This document shows positions 25,873 through 29,039 of a stretch of 29,039 bases of DNA, in pieces. Below the pieces are notes generated by a model. That model was not told where the DNA came from, did not search any database, and was given only the letters and a program-made list of their open reading frames with translations. The translations under genes were made by a program, and so were the position numbers. Every line of letters begins with the position of its first letter. The first letter of the stretch is position 1. The DNA comes from Calditrichia bacterium (lineage in GTDB: Bacteria > Calditrichota > Calditrichia > RBG-13-44-9): NCBI GenBank assembly GCA_037381445.1, contig JARRQT010000007.1, positions 1-29,039 on the forward strand, read 5' to 3'.

Positions 25873-28110
25873 ATGCTGACCGGACAATTGCTCATCGTGC
25901 TGGCCTTGGCATCTGCTATTGCATCGGCCTATTTTTACTTACGCGGGGAACGATTGCCCGCGTCGCGTAAAGACAAAAAGAAAGAAAAAAATCCCCCAGA
26001 AAACCGTTTCGGGATGGCCCGGAATCTTTACTATTTCATGACTCTGATGGTCAGCGCGGCTTCCCTCTACCTCTTCTACCTGTTTATCACACATCAATTC
26101 CAGGTCTCCTATGTGTACCGCTATTCATCTTCCGATCTCCCCTTCGGTCTGCTATTGTCTGCGTTCTGGGCCGGTCAGGAGGGTTCATTCCTGCTGTGGG
26201 CCCTGTTCATCGCGCTGTCCGGGATATTTTTCATGAAAACCGCCAGGCAGTTTGAAGGTTACGGCATGATATTCCTGAATATCGTGCAGGCGTTTTTCCT
26301 GGTTCTTCTCATCAAGGCCAGTCCGTTCGCCACCTTCGCGCAGACGCCCCCGGACGGTGCAGGACTCAATCCGCTGCTTCAGAATTTCTGGATGATCATT
26401 CATCCACCGATTCTTTTCCTGGGATATGCCACAGCCACCTTCCCGATGATCATCGCCCTGGCGGCGCTGGTTCGCCGCGAATATGACCAGTGGATCCCGC
26501 AGGCCTTCCCCTGGATTCTCATCACCTCTGTGACCCTTGGAGCGGGAATCATCATCGGGGCTTTCTGGGCTTACGAGGTGCTCGGCTGGGGCGGATACTG
26601 GGGCTGGGATCCGGTGGAAAATTCCTCGCTCATACCATGGCTCACCACGCTGGCCCTGCTTCACGGCGTGCTGGTCGAACGGAAAAACAATCAGTTGAAA
26701 AGGACGAATTTTCTGCTGGCCATTCTCACCTTCATTCTGGTCATCTACGCCACATTCCTGACGCGCAGCGGCGTGCTTTCCGATTTTTCGGTCCATTCAT
26801 TCCAGGACCTGGGAATTAATTCCTATCTTATCATCTTTCTGGTTGCGGCTTCGGCATTCAGTCTGGTTCTGTTCCTCAAACGCTCCCAAGAAATCGGTTC
26901 CGTTCCGCTCAAAATGTCCCTGATCAACCGGGAAAGCATTCTGTTGTACAGCATGGTTGTCCTGCTCGGGTCTGCAATCTTTACCTTTTTCGGCACCTCT
27001 TCGCCCATTATCACCGGCTTTCTGGGAAAATCGTCGCAGGTGCACATTTCATATTACAACAAGGTGAATCTGCCGTTTGGCATTATCATGGGACTGCTGC
27101 TGGGCATTGCTCCTTTCATAAAATGGAACAAGGCGGGGGAAGACATCCTGAAGAATCTCATCCTTCCGGGACTGACCAGCCTGGCGTCCATGTTTATCGC
27201 CTATTCTTTTGGACTGTATGATCCTTTATTGATTCTGTTTACCGGTATGGCTGCCTTCACTTTTGCCAGCAATTTTATTATGTTCATACGACAATTGAAA
27301 GGAGGATGGCAAAACACCGCTGCGCCGCTCACCCATGTGGGCGTAGGGCTGCTGCTGGTCGGCATCGTCATCTCGGGACAATTTGAACAAAGGGAGATGA
27401 TAAATCTGACTTCAAACCAGCCGGTCACCGTTCTGGACCATGAATTGACCTATGAAGGCATGTCTCCCCGGGCTAACGGCAAAAATATCATTAACATTCA
27501 GGTGAAAGACGGGAATCAGATCTATCAGGCCCGGCCCAGATTGTATCTCAGCGAATACAACCGCTCCATGATGCACGAACCTCATGTGATCAGAGGAATC
27601 TGGCAGGATTTTTATGTCTCTCCGCTGGAAAGAAGATCCGTGTCGAACATGCCCGGCAGCCACACCCTGATATTGAAAAAAGGAGAAAAGAAGCAAATCG
27701 GCGACTACGAGATTCTGTTCACCGATTACCGCATGGGCGATCATTCGGAAAAAGGCGGTTTTGGGGTCGGTGCCAATCTGGAAGTATCCACCGCAGATCA
27801 GAAGTTTAATATCACCCCTGTCCTCTATTTTAAAGGGCAGAAGAGGGAATATCAGCCGGCAACTCTGCCCCTGGAAAGCCCCACCCGCCCGACGTTCATT
27901 CTTTCCCGGCTAAACGCGGATCAAAGGAGTATCGAACTCACCGTTCAGAATGCACATGCCGGTCAGAACTCCAATGCCCGTCCGGCGGAGCAGCTTACCG
28001 TGGAGGTCAGCAAAAAACCGTTCATGAATATTCTGTGGCTGGGAACCATCCTTCTCATCGCGGGAACCGTTATTTCATTCAGCAGGTCGCTCACGAAAAG
28101 ACGAATTTAG
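25873..28110 (+). CDS. ccmF: Cytochrome c-type biogenesis heme lyase CcmF
   Basis: RBS AGAGGAG; WAGQEGSFLLW, GLNPLLQ, IHPP, WWD domain WAYEVLGWGGYWGWDPVENSSLIPW, TRSG...SVHSF, THVG, KPFMNILWLG. Confidence 0.93.
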   Translation: MLTGQLLIVLALASAIASAYFYLRGERLPASRKDKKKEKNPPENRFGMARNLYYFMTLMVSAASLYLFYLFITHQFQVSYVYRYSSSDLPFGLLLSAFWAGQEGSFLLWALFIALSGIFFMKTARQFEGYGMIFLNIVQAFFLVLLIKASPFATFAQTPPDGAGLNPLLQNFWMIIHPPILFLGYATATFPMIIALAALVRREYDQWIPQAFPWILITSVTLGAGIIIGAFWAYEVLGWGGYWGWDPVENSSLIPWLTTLALLHGVLVERKNNQLKRTNFLLAILTFILVIYATFLTRSGVLSDFSVHSFQDLGINSYLIIFLVAASAFSLVLFLKRSQEIGSVPLKMSLINRESILLYSMVVLLGSAIFTFFGTSSPIITGFLGKSSQVHISYYNKVNLPFGIIMGLLLGIAPFIKWNKAGEDILKNLILPGLTSLASMFIAYSFGLYDPLLILFTGMAAFTFASNFIMFIRQLKGGWQNTAAPLTHVGVGLLLVGIVISGQFEQREMINLTSNQPVTVLDHELTYEGMSPRANGKNIINIQVKDGNQIYQARPRLYLSEYNRSMMHEPHVIRGIWQDFYVSPLERRSVSNMPGSHTLILKKGEKKQIGDYEILFTDYRMGDHSEKGGFGVGANLEVSTADQKFNITPVLYFKGQKREYQPATLPLESPTRPTFILSRLNADQRSIELTVQNAHAGQNSNARPAEQLTVEVSKKPFMNILWLGTILLIAGTVISFSRSLTKRRI

Positions 28111-28226
28111 CCGGGTCCTGGCAAATAAGGACTTACATATTTCCGGCTTACAGGACTGATAAATAATATGGGAATGCTATCCGGAAATAATATTCGGACA
28201 ACATTCCCATAAGTTAAACCGCTTCA

Positions 28227-28424
28227 TCAGGCAGCTTTTTTGCGACCGTTTTTCTTCTTTTTGTCATGTGTTTTCACGGTTGTCTTCTGCTCCTCTTCGG
28301 CAGTCTTCCCGGTATTCTCGGGCTCATCCTTGGAAGTCAGCACCATATAAAAACTGTAAATCATGAGTATGAACAAGACTGTTCCGACCACAATAACAAA
28401 TATATTTGCAAATAAACTATGCAT
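28227..28424 (-). CDS. Small single-TM protein with Lys-rich tail
   Basis: RBS AAGGGAGA upstream; ~25-aa hydrophobic helix followed by a charged tail. Confidence 0.65.
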   Translation of the reverse strand: MHSLFANIFVIVVGTVLFILMIYSFYMVLTSKDEPENTGKTAEEEQKTTVKTHDKKKKNGRKKAA

Positions 28425-28524
28425 GATAAATTCTCCCTTCTTTTCTAAGTCATATCAGGATCATTTTCCGGCATTTCGCGGAAAACAGATTGAACAATTT
28501 GTACGATTAAAAAAGAGAAGGGAA

Positions 28525-28887
28525 TTATCCCCCTTCGGTTAAATCCCGAAGCGAGTATTTGTAAAAAGGAATAGATATATTGAAATGCAGAAACTTATTA
28601 TGCAATATGTAACTTCGGTATACTTCCGGAGCCAGAAGAATTTCCTGGCTTATCACGAATGGAACCGGGCCTGAAAAAGAACCCAGGTGCAACGTTTCCG
28701 GAGAATTGCCCGACGTACTCCCGGCCCAGTTTATTCCATCCGATTCCAGAAGCACGGCCGGGAATTCGGAAGGGATATCCGAGCCATTTTTGAGGTGGGC
28801 CGCCTGTATTCCTGCGGAGAAAAGCAGCATATTCAGGAACATTGCCAGAAAGAACAAATTTTTAATGGCTCTCGAATCCACTGTCAA
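28525..28887 (-). CDS. Hypothetical protein with signal-peptide-like N-terminus
   Basis: GTG start, hydrophobic N-terminal stretch ending IQA; no recognisable family. Confidence 0.35.
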   Translation of the reverse strand: MTVDSRAIKNLFFLAMFLNMLLFSAGIQAAHLKNGSDIPSEFPAVLLESDGINWAGSTSGNSPETLHLGSFSGPVPFVISQEILLAPEVYRSYILHNKFLHFNISIPFYKYSLRDLTEGG

Positions 28888-29039
28888 AACCCATTTAAAT
28901 TGCGTTTGTTAGACACTCCGGATGATGAAAAGTTCCTTTTGCAGTCAGATATCGCAGTCTGCTGCTGAATGATTTCCTTACCCGGAATTACAGATACTCT
29001 GAATATAATAAAATGAATTTATAAAGTATATTTCATAAA

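Noticed and set aside
28687..28968. Plus-strand ORFs near the right edge
   Set aside because: No RBS, motifs or protein-like composition; they overlap a somewhat more plausible minus-strand ORF.

Overview
Ordinary-looking bacterial chromosomal segment of roughly balanced GC. The gene content (TonB receptor with a CarboxypepD-like N-terminal domain, DUF5916, Bacteroidota-type CcmF, FadL-like barrel) suggests an FCB-like diderm such as Calditrichota; this is inference only. Gene order: a probably frameshifted acidic ORF at the left edge; CCA-adding enzyme (-); a histidine kinase whose periplasmic input is a 7-repeat FG-GAP/CRTAC1-like propeller plus an ASPIC/UnbV domain; an NtrC-type sigma54 activator; three palindromic boxes and a -24/-12 promoter; a Tyr/Pro-rich, Arg/Ser-tailed lipoprotein and a FadL-like barrel closed by a terminator; Tat-DUF362, DUF6599 and LiaF-like genes; an Mre11/Rad50-like (YhaO/YhaN) pair; a 5'-truncated hypothetical gene; DUF5916 (-); a TPP riboswitch with terminator ahead of a TonB receptor, an N-terminally truncated SDR, thiN and a sodium:solute symporter; ccmF; two small minus-strand ORFs. 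No rRNA, tRNA, CRISPR array or mobile element was seen. The best candidate for an undescribed system is the self-contained propeller-kinase / sigma54 activator / UAS / lipoprotein-FadL module at about 1979-10140. All family assignments are by motif recognition; no searches were run.
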